Below, piece after piece: positions 48,330 to 62,507 of a DNA stretch of 64,000 nucleotides. Each line of letters begins with the position of its first letter. Position 1 is the first letter of the stretch. The DNA comes from Rhizodiscina lignyota (Eukaryota). The stretch covers positions 124,001 to 188,000 of the forward strand of contig ML978133.1 of assembly GCA_010015805.1 (NCBI GenBank), read 5' to 3'. The translations under genes and the position numbers were made by a program. The notes below the pieces were generated by a model. The model was given only the letters and a program-made list of their open reading frames with translations, searched no databases and was not told the origin of the DNA.

Positions 48330-50438
48330 TTATATCATATAATGGCTCCTACTCTTCCTTCCATTTATGCAAAGAGGCCCGCCGACCTTCCAATCTTCGT
48401 GTGTGCGATTGGGGTACGGGTAGCCCATGTAATCAATGAGGTCTTGCAGTGGTGCAATTCCACCATGAGCTGCGGTCACCCTTTGAACGGTTAGCACCAA
48501 AATCCCATGCAGGTCAAGCGCGCGTCGATGTACTTACAAAGCTCGTGGGTCAAGTCCATCTTCCACCAAAGAGTTCAACCAAGCTCGATTGAACGCTGGA
48601 TCCGTCGTTGAAATGTCAAATCCTGGATTCCACACATCTGCCTGTAGCACAGCTATCGGGTCGTTGTTGCTGGGACATGCTCCTGTAATAATCGCATACC
48701 CCCAATCTTCGGCATGAGGAGCATCTGGGTGCCAAATAAATCGGACTTGCATCGAGCTGTCAGAGTGGATATAAGGTTCATCCTCCCTAATTGATAAGGG
48801 CCATTAGAATCAAGCAATGGACTTCTATAATGGGCCGACTTACGTGTAAGAGATCACTTTCGCTCCCGGCAAAGATGACCAGAAGCCCTCGGAGATCTCC
48901 GGGACAATAAGTGGTGTACCGACCGAGATGAAGTCTTGTATCCCATACGTGTGATCGTGGTGATGATGCGAGGGCTGTAGAGGTTAGCCGAGATCTCTGA
49001 TCGCAAGAATGGTACGTACCCAAATGTGTGTGATTGGCCTCCCAATGTTCTGTTGGACCCAATCCGCAATAAGCTGTGACTGGTGGGGAGGCGCATCTGA
49101 TACAATGACCGCATCTTCGAATGCCAGAACCACTTGTCTGTATGTAGGGGCATCGTTGAACATGATGTACCAGAAGTTCGGCAGAGATTCGATCGGATTC
49201 ACGGCGGTGACATTGGATAACTTTCCTGCGTACGGTCCACCCCACATCATGTTCGCAAAATAACTTCCGATCTCCGCGTGGCTGTAATTCGCATTTGCTA
49301 CGGGCGCCGCGTCCACCGCAGCGCTGCTATTTGCAGTAGCATCGACAAAGAAACCATTGTCGAATGTGGGATTGACATCTATTGATGCAACGTCGTATTC
49401 CTCGATGGTGGCGCCATTGTATACTGTCATGAATTTGCGCGGAAACATGATGTTGTTCTCCGGAGCGTAGTCCAACAGATAGAGATCTTTTGTGGAGTTT
49501 CCAAATAGCGCATGGCTCTCCAATGTTCGAACGACGTATGGCAGGGAGGATGAAGCGTTGAAAGCGACAGCGATATTCAGAGCGGAATCAAATACTAGTG
49601 CTATAAGTAGAGGCCTGAGACTCTGAGTTTATGAACAAACCTGCTGGCAGTGTCATATCGCCGATTGTCATTGGCGATATGGTGCTTGAGTTGGGCGAGA
49701 ACTAACCAAGAGGTCAATAGAAGCTATGTCTCCCGATATGGAATATCATACCTGTAGCAAAAGTGCAGGGGACATTTTGAGCATCTCCTGGACCAGGTAC
49801 TCTGCAAGTGGGCCTGCATCTCAATCAGCGGTAGTCGGACGTATAGTAGACATGCGACTCACCATCGGCGAGTCCTTTTGTGATATTGGGCGCTTCTGAG
49901 ACAATATTGTTTCCGTTCATGAAGGAGGCGTAGCCGTCTTGACCGTTCCGTACGACAAGGGAGTAATCTCGCGGAAGGATATGCGCATCCGCCCAGAAGA
50001 AGTCGTCTATGATCCATTTAGCTTTACTTCACTTTTGAGCGAACAATAAGCTACCTGATACAGTCCATGCTCTATCAATTCGCTGGCGGAGACTTGTGTT
50101 GCTGGTAAATTGGAAGGAGACATTCTGAGTTCCAGTTGTCGCGATTACAATATCAGGAGTCTTGAAGCCATAGTTCTCCATAAGACTCCAGGTTCGGTAA
50201 AGACTAGAAACCCGTTAGCAATTGCCATCTTCAATAAACAGTACCAAAATTCATACTTTGTGGTATGATATGTAACCCCACCCAGTGCACGGAGGGAGCT
50301 TTCGCCTCCAAGTGCACTCAGAGATTGATCGATAAGACTGGCTGATGATAGTGGCCTGGAGCTGACTGGAGTAATAACAGGTATCGACAAGGAAATAAGA
50401 GACATGAGCAAAACTTGCTCGGAAAGTCGAGAGAGCAT
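48330..50438 (-). CDS. Secreted metallo-beta-lactamase-fold protein, multi-exon
   Basis: Hydrophobic N-terminus; IDQSLSALGG..L; VSDAPPHQS..W...ITHIW|PSHHHHDHTYG (HxHxDH at ~48951-48968); PHAEDW; ADVWNPG; AAHG. Confidence 0.75.
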
Positions 50439-51610
50439 CTTGAAAAGGTTTGTTGGAGAAGCAATTGCCGTATAATGCTAGGAACCAGACGATTGTTGGG
50501 TGTCTTCCTTTACCATGTGCATTGGACTTTCCTTTATATATGCTATGTCTCTCCACCGGTCTACATCCTCTCAGGTCTCTTAATTCCGCAATTGGCGATG
50601 AATTCATCAGCATACTTCAAAGTCAAGACAACGTATGCTCACTCCACCGACCACGCGCATAAAGCAACCGTAGACGCGTCAGTAGAGGGTCCACGGCCAA
50701 CCGTGACAGCAACATGCCTTCAGAGCTTTCGGCAGGAGAGGCCGTGCCGAGATTTTGTCAGCGTCCATACTACAGAGGATGTAGACGGAAGTGGCTTGCT
50801 TGCGGGTCAGGAGAGAAAACCAAGAAGTTGTCGTAATGAGATTTGGAAACATGTGCTTGACAATAACGAAAGGGAGAGGTTGATGTGATGTCACTCGTCC
50901 GCCATTCTTCCTAGCGCGCTCTTCAGCATTGTGTGATCTGAGACATTCGTCGAAATGCGTGCGCTACTGTTACCGCTGCCAGGCGACGGAATAGTGGCTG
51001 TGGACACGGATATCCTGTGGGGGCCTTGGTCATTATTAAGATGGCTCTGCGATGTGAGGTTGATGATGAGCCCCTTTGCATTTAAAGACGGATAACTAGC
51101 ACTTGATTGGACAATCTAGAGCTTTGACTGCAGAAAATTACTTTGCGGAAACTGTCCGCGGTGGGGCCCGAAATAAGAGCCGCGCGGCGAAGCCTCGTGG
51201 TAGAGATCGGAGATCATCATCGCTGGTACTTACCCGGACACCGAACCCGCGGTTGGATCTAAGTAAACATGAAGATATCAAAAGATCAAGATCGGCTCAC
51301 GGCGCCTATATGCCCTTTAGCGCGTGCTCCTTGCGATTGCAGGTTCTGGAAGGTAAATTGGTAAAGTAAGATAGATACGGTTGAACATCCATAGCCTCGC
51401 TGCTGCTAGATGCCTGAGTATCTTGAATCGAGCATTCAGTCAATTGCCGCATAGTATGCCGGGCCAGATAAGGTAATATATGGTCATTTTGATTAGTTAT
51501 AATCATCGAAACGAATTTCCTCGAATCGTTCGCAGGCAATCGCTATCAAATGTCGTTGCCCATCGGTTCCTACAACTCCACGCTCAATCCGCAATATGCA
51601 AGAAGTAGAC

Positions 51611-54110
51611 CTAAAACAGGTCCTTCAAAATTCTGCTCAACTCATCCTCGTTCCCAAATATGCTTGGAAGCGCTTCTGGACCCGCGCCGACTTCCGCCGG
51701 GGTCGGCATAACGAACCCATTAGGCAGCATATTGCCATATCCGCCGGCGGCCTCAAAGAGACTCGTTAGATCATTCGCCATGCCGTTAGGACTATCATTC
51801 AACTGGCCAGCCGCACCCGTGCTAGCACTCCCCGAACGACCCATATGCCCATTTCCGCCATTGCCGAACAGGGCCAACTCGTCGACTTGATGTCCTGCGA
51901 GCCCAGCCATTGCGACTGCTGCGGTTGAGTGGGCGTCGGCCTGATCGACGGAGATACCAGCGTTATTTATCCCATTTTGAGTCGGTCGCAAATTCAGACC
52001 CAGCTTTGGCCCAACCTCCTTAAGCACCTTGACAGTTTTCCAGAGACGCTTGCTGACGTACGAGTCTGCGCTTAGCCCACGTACGAGCTCGATTCCCATG
52101 TAGAACTCGTCTCTGCAGCGTTCAGCGAAGTGTGCGGGCGCGTGGCACACGGCGAGGAACAGAACTGCGAGAGCGGAAATTAGGAAGTAATTGAACATGA
52201 CCTGCTGTGTCCGGTACAAGTCTGTGCGTTGGTTCATGGCATGCAAGACTCGGATACTATCCTTTGCGACATCGACGACTGTGTGTGCATGATTTAGGTT
52301 ATCCATGATGCAGCCTGCGGTGTGAAGTACGGGCCTGTAGATCAACACGCGCATCTGGTTCGCGCGGAGGTAGAGCAGGATCCGCAGACGGTGGTTGGCA
52401 CGGCTCTTGCTGTCGCCATCGAGTTCTGCAGCAGTGGCCACACCATGGAATTGGAGCGAGGGCGGAATGGACTGTAGCCACTGTTGGATCTGGTAGTCTA
52501 GATAGCCGATTTCCTCGTCGCTGATCTTCGAGTTCGCGCTGTCCGCCAGGGCTACAGAGCGCCACACTTTTGAACCGATGGTGCTATAGGCTATCATCGC
52601 GTTGAGATAGGGAGTTGACTCATCCTGTAACAGATGATTAGCAGGAAACTTATAAATCAATGCGACCAAGGGAACGTACTGGTCTGGGAACGGTGGGATC
52701 AATATCCGAGTCTTGCATCGCAAATGGCATACCCGTTCCCAACGACCAACGACGATCCAGGACGTAAAGAGACCAGAATAGTCGAATTCCCATAGTCCGT
52801 TCTTCTTCGTTTGCGAACAAGGTGTTGTATGTCTCTCTTCTGTGCAGCCCAATCTCCATTACGAGCCTGCAAGCCAAGCCAACCATTCTCCAGGCTACCT
52901 GTTCCTCGTCTTTATGGAAGTAATACATGGCCTGGATCTTGTTAGCGCAAATTCAGCACTACGTTCTGCCAAGACACCAGGCTCACTGTAAGTATGATCA
53001 TCTGAACCCCTTTACAGTCTGGCGTAGACAGCAGTTGCGCATCCACAGTTGGCTTGACGAATTCGAACATCCTTTTACCCAGCTCGCTGTTCCCACTCGT
53101 CTCTAGTACTAACGCACAGGCAAGCACGAGCTTCAAAATATTCGTCTGGTCATCCTGGATCGAATCGCCTCCGGGCAGCGCAATCTGCATGAGTCCAGAG
53201 CGATTTGCGGCCTCAAGAAACGTGTACAGCATATTCGCATGCTGCAGGAACTTGTCAATATCAAGCATCGGATACATCAGGCCTATCTCATCCTGGTACT
53301 CGTTCACGAGCCGTATTGTCTCCTCTTTGGTCAATAACCATATCGGGTCCTTGGTCATATGCGCCCCTGTGGGCTTTTGATATAGTCCGCTCGGCGCAAA
53401 AGGTATGCCTGTTGGATGCGTCTTGGGACTGCCGGTGGGTGTGCCGTCGTTCGTCTCCATGCCCTCATTGTTATCTTCTGTCGCTGTTATCCCCATATTT
53501 TGCAGACTTGATTTCGCGACTCCAATGTTGAACGCTGCGCTCGTCGGACCTTGAAAGCGCGGATGCTTCGGGGTAGATTTCGGTCGTGGAACTGGAATTG
53601 AGGTGCCGCCTGGAGTTTCAGGGATTGAGCTGGAGCGTCCAAATGGCGGTTGGTTATACATCGCAGACTGATTCTGCGCAATTGCTACAGCATCGACCTG
53701 ATTCCGAAGTGAACTGAGGTTCGAGTATAGGCTATCGACCTGCTGCTGCAGCGTCGCGATATGCGCATTCATCCGTTTGAAGTCACTACAACGCCGCTCG
53801 TTAGCCTATCACCCTCGACCAAACGCGCAAGAAATGCGCTCTAAAAGCTGACATACTCTGTGTCCTTGAAATTGCTGCAGCAATTCGGCGCATACAGACA
53901 CTCCAAGCCCAGGTTCCCACACCGCTGACACGGCGTCTCGCCATTGCATTTTATCTTCCTCCTCTTGCACTCGTTGCAGGCAATACTGATATATCGATTC
54001 CGCTTGCTGCGCTGCTGCGGCGTGCCATCGGCCTTGCGCTTCGTGCCTGCGCCGCCGGTGGTGGCGGTCTCGCTGGCCGGACTTGTGCTGTCTACCGTCG
54101 CGCCGTTCAT
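51611..54110 (-). CDS. Zn(II)2Cys6 transcription factor with fungal-specific TF domain (3 introns)
   Basis: RYISIACNECKRRKIKCNGETPCQRCGNLGLEC; EIGLHRRE; RLFWSLYVLDRRWSLGTGMPF; LYLRANQMR. Confidence 0.95.
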
Positions 54111-54868
54111 GGTGGTAGGCGTGGGCAATTGCGAGTTGTCACGGTGGAAGAGAGAGGAGTCGTGGACGAAGCTGGACTCAAAGTCGAGGTGCATCGAGTG
54201 TCGTTCGGGGTCGTTACACTCTGCTTTGCTGGGGTCGGTTGTGCCCGGCGCGGGGTGTGGAGATCGGACGGGGTGGTGTGGAATAAGGGAAGCACGTGAG
54301 GGAGCTTCGCAACCTGCCAATCGAAGAGGTTGGTGGCTTTTGTGAAGCTCCGAGAAATCTCCCGCTCTATATTTCAGGACTCTGATTTCTTCAAAACCTC
54401 CTGGAGCTGATATGAAATAAACTCAAGGCGGTGTTCGCGAACGCCGAGAGTATGAGTAAGCTGGCCATGGCCAATCCATGGATACGGAATTCTCACCGCA
54501 ACATTTCTCAGCAAACGTAATCTCCATGTAGCGTAGGTTCAGCGATATCACTCCCCTCGAAACCCAGTTTCCTGTGAGCTAAGATTCAGACTGTCGTGTC
54601 ACCACCTTTCATTTTCGTAGAACACGAGCTCCCATTTCTACAAAGTGTGGCTTTGAGTAGCTTCTTACGTAGCCGTTCGTCGGCACGGAGGTAGATGAAC
54701 CATGAACCCCTCATTCTGAGGTCGGCGACCAGTGGTCTCGTCCGTAGGAGTGACCTCGTAGATGTCTTGTCAATCTCTGTATTTATCGTATTTCGCTTTA
54801 CGTTTAGATATCTTCCATTTCTTCAGTCCAGAAAATCAGACTTCTCTTTTCGTCGTTTCGTTCTCCCA

Positions 54869-55543
54869 ATGTCTAAACCAAGTATAACCCTCTTCTTCCT
54901 CCAGGCCTCTCGGTCCATCCGCACAGCATGGCTCTTGGAGGCGCTCAGTCTCCCATACGATGTCAAATTCTATAATCGCCTTAATGGCAAGGCTCCCCCG
55001 GAGTTCAAGCAGACATGTGGAAATCCGTTAGGCAAATCGCCAACAATGAAAGACGGCGACTTGACTCTATGGGAATCCGGAGCGATAGCAGAATACATCT
55101 GTGAGAAGTACGACAAAGCTGGGAAGATGATTCCAACGCAACAACCGGAGAGAAGCAGAGTGCAGATGTGGACGCACGCGGCCGAAGGCACGTTTCTGCT
55201 GCACTCCCTTGCAATTGCATACGCAGTAGGAAATACGCCAAGCTCAGTTTCAGATGAGGCGAAGGGTGAAATGGTAAAGGGCATGAGCGTTGCTGTGCAG
55301 AATGATTTGGACTGGCTAGAGAAGGAACTCGGTGACGAGGGTACGGGCTGGCTGGCTGGGAAGGACTTGACGGCTGCGGATGTCATGGTACATTTCAGTG
55401 CACAGTTCATCTTTGCGAGAGACTTGGGAACGAAGGGTGTGGATAAGGGAAGCCGGTGGAAGAACATCACTGGATGGTTACAGAGGTGTGAAGGGAGTGA
55501 GAGTTACAAGAGAGCGGTGCAGAAGACTGGATATACGCTCTAA
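54869..55543 (+). CDS. Glutathione S-transferase (Gtt1-like)
   Basis: LQASRSIRTAWLLEAL, PLGKSP, LWESGAIAEY, WLAGKDLTAADVM. Confidence 0.92.
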   Translation: MSKPSITLFFLQASRSIRTAWLLEALSLPYDVKFYNRLNGKAPPEFKQTCGNPLGKSPTMKDGDLTLWESGAIAEYICEKYDKAGKMIPTQQPERSRVQMWTHAAEGTFLLHSLAIAYAVGNTPSSVSDEAKGEMVKGMSVAVQNDLDWLEKELGDEGTGWLAGKDLTAADVMVHFSAQFIFARDLGTKGVDKGSRWKNITGWLQRCEGSESYKRAVQKTGYTL

Positions 55544-55620
55544 AACTATGTAGATATTGGAAACATAGAATCAATGAGATCTGATGTTGCGCACATGGTA
55601 TACTTCCAGCATAGAAATAG

Positions 55621-58269
55621 TTACGAGGCTCGGTAAAGCGCAATCGTATCCACGAACTTAGCAACGTTATCCTTCGCAGCTGCCTGGCACTTCCCGTCCC
55701 TCGCGATCATGCATGCCGTGCCAACAGTGCTCAGACCGTAGACGTTGACGTTCGCCACGGAGCCCTCAACACTCAGAATACGATACTGACACTGGTTCAG
55801 CTGGTTCTGGGAACAGGCTGTGCGAAGCACACGTTAGCTTCAATCTTGGGAGAACCGGTTCTGATAAAGCGCGGGGAAATGGAGACACGCACCTGCGCTG
55901 TAGTTGTCGAAGAAAGAGTACAGCCCTGCTCCATACACCAATATATTCTTGCTGTCAGTGATCCTTAGGCCCCATCCGTTTGCCGTATTGGTTGTTGAAG
56001 AAACATTAAATGTCGGGTCATTGATCGACGCCAAAGCCGTGAAGGGCGACAGTGCATCAGGATTCGGCTGATAATATGCAGATTCTGTTTGTATTTGGCC
56101 CATGAAAACATTCGCCGTGTTAGTGAATTGGTATTGGTACAGTGAGTGGTGCTCCACAGCAGTCCCAACAAGCCAAATATTCCCAGCCGAGCTATCGACG
56201 AGCAATCCGCGGCCCGAGTAGACAGTGATTTGGGTCGAGTTGGGGTCGTCGATATCGTGGTCAGCAGTCCAGATCCAGCAGTTCTCCATGTAGAGCCCTG
56301 AGGCGGAGGTTGTGATGTGCATTGATAGGAAGTCGGAGATGCAGCTCGCCTTTGGTGTAGCAGGTGGAGTTGCAGTTCCAGGAGTCGTAGGGCATTGCGA
56401 GACTTGCAACTGAGAACCTGTGAAGCCGCCAACGCGAACGTGGACATCCCACATGCCTGACGGAGCTGACGATGATGCAGCGAGGTTCCACTGTATCAGT
56501 GACGCACCTGCTTGCGCCCCTTGGGTGCTGACGATCATATCGGACCATTCTACGCTGCCTGTCTCTCCAACATTACCCACTTGTACAACTGCCTTGGGGG
56601 ATTTCATGTTCGCAAAGAAGGAACCGGAGGACATGATGACTGGGTAGCTCTCGCCAGTGATGCGGCTGCCGGAAGGGATATACAGTGTCTTGGTGACTTT
56701 GTAATATCCTGCGTCGAAGAAGACAACCTTTCCAGCAGCAGACGCTGAGTTGATGACTGCCTGGAGTGCTTTCGTATCATCTGTCGCACCGTCGCCTTTT
56801 GCACCCTCCGTGCGGACGCTAAGAAAGCTGGCTGCTGAAAGGGTCTCATATTGCGGCTTCGAGCGCGAGTAATATTTGTTGGAAGTCGTGATGAGCGAGG
56901 ATGGCCGAGAGTTGGCACCGATGCTGCGTTCAAATGAGTTTGGACCTGTCGGCGAGTAGTAATGTCCTTCGCCCCAAGCGGCGACGGTCAAGGATCCACT
57001 CGTCCCAGCAAACACTGTGCGACCAGTTATTTCCTTTACAATCGTCGAAACATTTGTGATTTGGATATTCTCCATGATGATGCTGCCACCAGCAGTGGGC
57101 GAAGAAGTCGAGTCGTGCGAAGTCAAGATTCCGACAGGGGTGTTAGAAATGGTGCTGTCAATCAAGGTAACAGACATGACCTCTTGAGACGTCCTGTTAT
57201 CAGCGCTCATGTTCAGTGCAAGCTGGCAGTTTGAAATGGAGATCCCGGAGTACGTCCATCCCCAGTCCCACAGCTGGTTGATGGCAGTCACCGCGTTCGT
57301 GATGGTTATGTTACGCATTGTAAACTGCTGGTTGCCAACATTTAAAGCGTATAACCCGCCGGAGAACCGCAGATCACCTACATAGCCGCCTGATCCTTCC
57401 TCGATGAAGAGACCCTGGTGCTGTGTACCGGAAGCAGCAGACATTCTGAATTCAACATTCTGAATGCTCGTTGCTTGAGCTGTGGGCCAGTGGATCCCAG
57501 TCATGCTTGAGGCAGCAGGTACTCCAGTTGTGTCAATGATGAAGTTGCGGATCTGGCGATAGAACGTGTTGGTTGAGCCAAAGCCTAGAACTCCACCAGC
57601 CTGATACTGGTTTCCATCAATAACCCCGAGACCGGTAAATCCCGATGTCGCCTTTAGAACTGGCAAGCAAACGGGATGACCGATCAAGTTGGTGTAGTAG
57701 TAGTCGATGATTGATGAAGAGACCACGTATGTGCCAGGAGGAAAATAGACAGTTGCCGGAGTCGTGGTAGAAGACTGGCATGCTCCTGGGGCACACCTAT
57801 TGCCACTGCTAATTGCAGAATTGATTGCTGCGGTATCGTCCGTCACGCCATCGCCTAAGCAGAGTCAGGGATGATTGAGCAAACCAGAATAATCTCAGCT
57901 GGGAAACCATTGTCCTTCCTTTATCGCGGAATTTCTCCTAATGGACATACCTTTAGCACCGAAATCTTTCACACTCCTCCACACTTGATATGTCGAGTTT
58001 GAGTTGAACGAAGCTTTTCCTTGATGTTGCATTTGCTCGAACCAATACGCACTACACGATGTAGTTGCGGCTGCTGCTGCTGCCGTCGTAGTTGCAGGCA
58101 CGGCCTCACGCTTTTGAGAATCACCTCCATCGAGCTGAATGTAATCTGTGAATCGGGCTTTCACTGAGCTCACAATGCTCGCCACCTCTGGAGGCGTAAA
58201 GTCAACATGTTGAGTCAACGCTTGAGAAAATAGTAATCCGAAGCAAACAAAAGTACGAACGGCCCACAT
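55621..58269 (-). CDS. GH55 exo-beta-1,3-glucanase, secreted (2 introns)
   Basis: Signal peptide, KR site, YQVWRSVKDFGAKG|DGVTDDTAAIN, VYFPPGTY, FYRQIRNF, IHWPTAQATS, second GAKGDGATDDT repeat, WIWTADHD, EHHSLYQY, QTESAYYQP. Confidence 0.95.
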
Positions 58270-59511
58270 CACGGCTGTGGGGTAAACGAATGTGAGAATG
58301 ACAGAAAGCAATGGAGCGAGGGTGGTGAAGGAGTGACGAAACGAAGGCGAAAAATCGACATTCAGTAATGACCGTGATTTGTGCGCAAGTTACTCATACG
58401 ATCGCAACGGTGGCAGGCGCGACTCGCCCTTATTACTAGTAGTCATTTTGAGCAGGCGACGAGCTTAAGGCCGGGGGTGAACCAGGGCAGTTGCGGAGCC
58501 CGTGATGTAAAAGATCTGGACCGTATTCATATATTGTGGCTTTGAAGGTCTCAGGGGCGCTAAAAATCACTGAAAATCTAATGGCTGTTGTGGTGTCTTA
58601 GGTGCTGTTGGCGGCTCGTTGAATCGTGGGCTAAGAGGCCCCCTTTTCAAGCGAGTCGAAATGGCGCGTGGCGTCGACGCTGGTTCCGAGGTTCACGTCG
58701 CGCTGTCCATTAACGCGTCAAACGGAACTGAGATCAAAGCCTTCTCTTCTCCAGCTCATTGTCAATCGAATTCAATGGACTTGATCCTCCCGGATAATGG
58801 ACTGAAGCTCGTTGCATCTTGGCCCAGCGATGCTGCCCGCTACGCGCTGCTGGATTCGGAGATTTGTCGGTCGGTCCAATGTCGGATGAGGACAGACCGT
58901 CCGACTTCGGTGCCGCGCTTCGGTGGGAAAGATGCCAGTCAATATATTCAGCAAAGCTAAAGTAGAACATCTTTTCTGCAGCCCAATGCTCACTTACAAT
59001 GTTGGGCTCTCTCAGACGCGACTCGCTGATGTTTAGGACAGAAGCGGTGATGGAACCGCTCAGAGGCGAAGTAAGAATCGAAAGCTGTGCACCGAACTCA
59101 ACTTGAGTAGATCCAGCATCACAGTCTCCTATCGCCTCGTATCCTTTGTCTCCTTTCTGTACTCTATGGGTTCATATTCAGTTCTTTACTTGCGTTGCAA
59201 TATTTCCCAAACTCAATAACTTCCTCCTCTTGTCCCCTATCATGTGGTAACAGCAGTCGGAGCTCGTTGAAGGGCATGAATGCACGGCAATAGACTCAAG
59301 TCACGATCGCATCATAGAAGCCACACGTGAGTAATCCATCTACGCTGGGCATTCTTTCACGAGAGCCACCTACTTTTACGCATCAATTGGGTTGCCATTG
59401 TACTCTCTCACGTTACCACTCTGACAGTGCTGCATATCACCTCAAAAAAGGCACATGAAAAGTATATATATCCTCAAACCAAAGCCACCTCGTTCCTGTT
59501 GGCGCGCCTGT

Positions 59512-61548
59512 TTAATAGAACACAGGCTGTAGCTTACCTGCAACCCTTTCCGCAATCCGCACTGGCATCAGAACGGTATAAACGTGCTTCACCCATGTCG
59601 TAAGCAAATGTCTGGTATCTGCAGGGTCAATAATCTCTTCGACTCCGAAATGGTTCGCCGTTCTAACTGGATTCATGAGACGTCTACATCCCGATGGTTA
59701 GCAGGATCGGAGGCACGGCCGTCAGCCGTATGATGGCCTGACTGACCTATATTCTTCGTCAAGCTCATTGTAACGAGCCTTGCGAGCTTCTATGCCCTCG
59801 TTCTTTTCCAGCTCTTTGAGCTCGAACGAGTGGCCTACATCAATGCCACCTGCAAGCGGAAGGCTACCCCATTCACCACTGTTCACAGGGAAATTAGTAT
59901 ATCACGACCAATCAAGGCGAAGAAGCTTACCTTGGCCATGCCACGAGTGTACGTGGTTCACGACACGCTATCATTATTTGCCCTGCAACACCATACGCCC
60001 TTCTCGTGAGGACTGAGAAGACAGGCATTGTCGTAGCGGCATACGTTGCCGCCAAGGCAACGCCGTGTCTCATTGTTGCCGTGCGCTCCGCAACGGTCCC
60101 GATCGCAAACCCCGGGACATCGATAAATTGCACCAAGGGGATGTTGAACACATCTAAGAACTTAAGATGCTTGTTTACTTTCTGTGAGCCTGCGGCATCG
60201 ATCGCACCGGCGTTCACCTCACAGTCCAGTGAGACAATTCCTACGGACATTCCGCCGATCCGGGCAAGTCCGACGATCGCAGTTCGACCCCAAAGAGCAC
60301 CTATCTCGAACCATGAACCTTGGTCGACGAGAGTAGTGATAATCTTTCGAGCGTCATACATTCGTTCTCGGCGTCTCGGAATGATACTACGGAGATCTGG
60401 ACATGCTCGGTCAATTGGATCCTCACATGAAATCACCGGGGGAGCTTCAAGTCCGTGATTTGGAAGGTATGACAGAACAGTCCGGAGTTGCTCGAAACAT
60501 TGCTCTTCATTTGCTGCCAGGTTGTCAATGGTTCCGTTTGTGCAATGCATTGTCGGGCCACCCAGCTCGGTGAAGCTGAGACCTTCCTCGAATGTCGCAT
60601 CTTTTTAGCGATAAGCAACTGCACATCGAAAGGGACACGGACGGAGTATAAGCTTACTGGCGACAACATTTGGCCCTGCATTAAAGAGACTACCAATATC
60701 ACCAGCCATGACGGTGAAGTGACAGGCAACCACTCGTGCTGCCCCGAGGCCTATCGCGGGTCCCAGCACAGCACCCAGGTTGGGGATTCCTTGATTCAGT
60801 TGCTTTATAACGATGTTGAAATTACGAATAGCGGGAAGATACGAAAAGCCTGTGGTTTTGATTGTGGTCACGGAACCGCCGCCGGAAGATCCATCAACTA
60901 GTTTGAGGATCGGTAGTTTCAGGGCGACGGCAAGTTCTTCAATATAAAGCTGTGGCATTATCAGTGGTCGTACCTCCACTATTGTAAGGAGAGTCAAGAC
61001 GTACAGTCTTAGCCATCAAGGCACCGTCTGCATGTCCCGCTCTTAACGAGAAATCATCAGCGGTAAAGAGGATTGTTCGCCCACGAAGCTTTCCGAAGCC
61101 TTGGACATTGTTTGATGGGACATCTGGTTCAGTCAGTTGTTTTGCTGGATATAGTCGGAATGATCTGGGTCAATAAGCTCGTACATTCAACAGGCTCTTC
61201 TCGTGCTTCGCCAATCTTCCGCCATTTCACGGTTCCGCTCACAGATCCCACTTCTTGAAAGCTTCCCGGATCCAGAAGGGCATCTACTCGTTCCCGAACC
61301 CACAATTTGCCTGCTTTCTTCTGCCGTACGTAGCCTCGAGCAGTTTTGTCTGGATTCGCTGCAATTGCCTTCAATGTTGCAATTTGACCGAGGATGTCTG
61401 AATAGTCGGCGGGCAGCGTATCGTCAACGCTTTTCTTTCGTCTCTGAGAGCCTTTTGCGGCCGAGGGAGCAACATGTTGGCCTATTTGAGTGAGGCGTGC
61501 TTTTGCGGAATTGCCAGCTTTTGCTGCTGCATCATCGCCGTCGCCCAT
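59512..61548 (-). CDS. Acyl-CoA carboxylase carboxyltransferase (beta-subunit-like), multi-exon
   Basis: GKLWVRERVDALLD, DDFSLRAGHADG, LVDGSSGGGSV, LFNAGP, ELGGP..HCTNG, DVPGFAIG, RRAYGVAG, GSLPLAGG, FGVEEIIDPADTR. Confidence 0.92.
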
Positions 61549-62507
61549 GTTCAACAAAAACTACCAATAATCTCATACATTGAGCAAAGCACTGGTGGCA
61601 TGATGTTATAACATGAACAGAGGGATACCTTAGTCAATCCCGGTTGACGACCTCGGTATGGCGGATGTCAACCCCACACAGGGTTTATACCGAAAATTGG
61701 ACAGAAACATTAATCGAACCACATAATTTTTCATTTTGAAAAATATGTTGAGTCAATTTAATTGGAGCACTGTATCCACATCGATGCGTTAGACGACAGC
61801 GCACTCGACTCGAAGATGGCATACCTCGAAGGAGTATGCCGTCCTAATTAGGACTAGTGCGAAAGAGTACTTGAAATTTCACTCCACGGCGCTTACATTT
61901 GTTCAAAAATCTTCTTTTTGTGCTCATTGTGATCACAGTGCCTTGGGAGACCTCACATAGCAAAGTAAAAATGCCGGTCACGCCAATCACGCCTCCAACA
62001 ACATCTCCGATGGGCAACGCAAACACCTCAACAGTCAACTCCCTCGGAAGAGGTTGTGCTGAGCAGATATGCGACAGGCAAGACTCACGTTTTGTAGACT
62101 ATAAAGGTAGGTACGGAAGAGAGAGGCACATCAAGGACGAAAAGAGACGGCAACAGCACAGGAGGCTGAACGATAGATGATAATAGCCACCAGTATCGCA
62201 CGGTATCACCGTATCAGGCTCTTGCCGAGTCAAAGAAATTGAATAGTTCCCCTTCTTGCTCTATACAGCAATAAGAGTCATAAACACATGGGTAGAAACT
62301 AGAAAGCGAATGTGGATTTATCTAAAGAAGGTTATCGTCAACAACAAGTATCCTAGTCTCAGTACTTTTTTCCCTTTCTTCTTTTTAATATCATTCTGTT
62401 TCGACATCCAGCTTGTGTTGAAGAGTTACTATTCCAAATCATGATCCAAAAATGTATCTCGATTCGCCCGATGAGCGCATGATAGTATGGTAACATAACA
62501 TGCTGAT

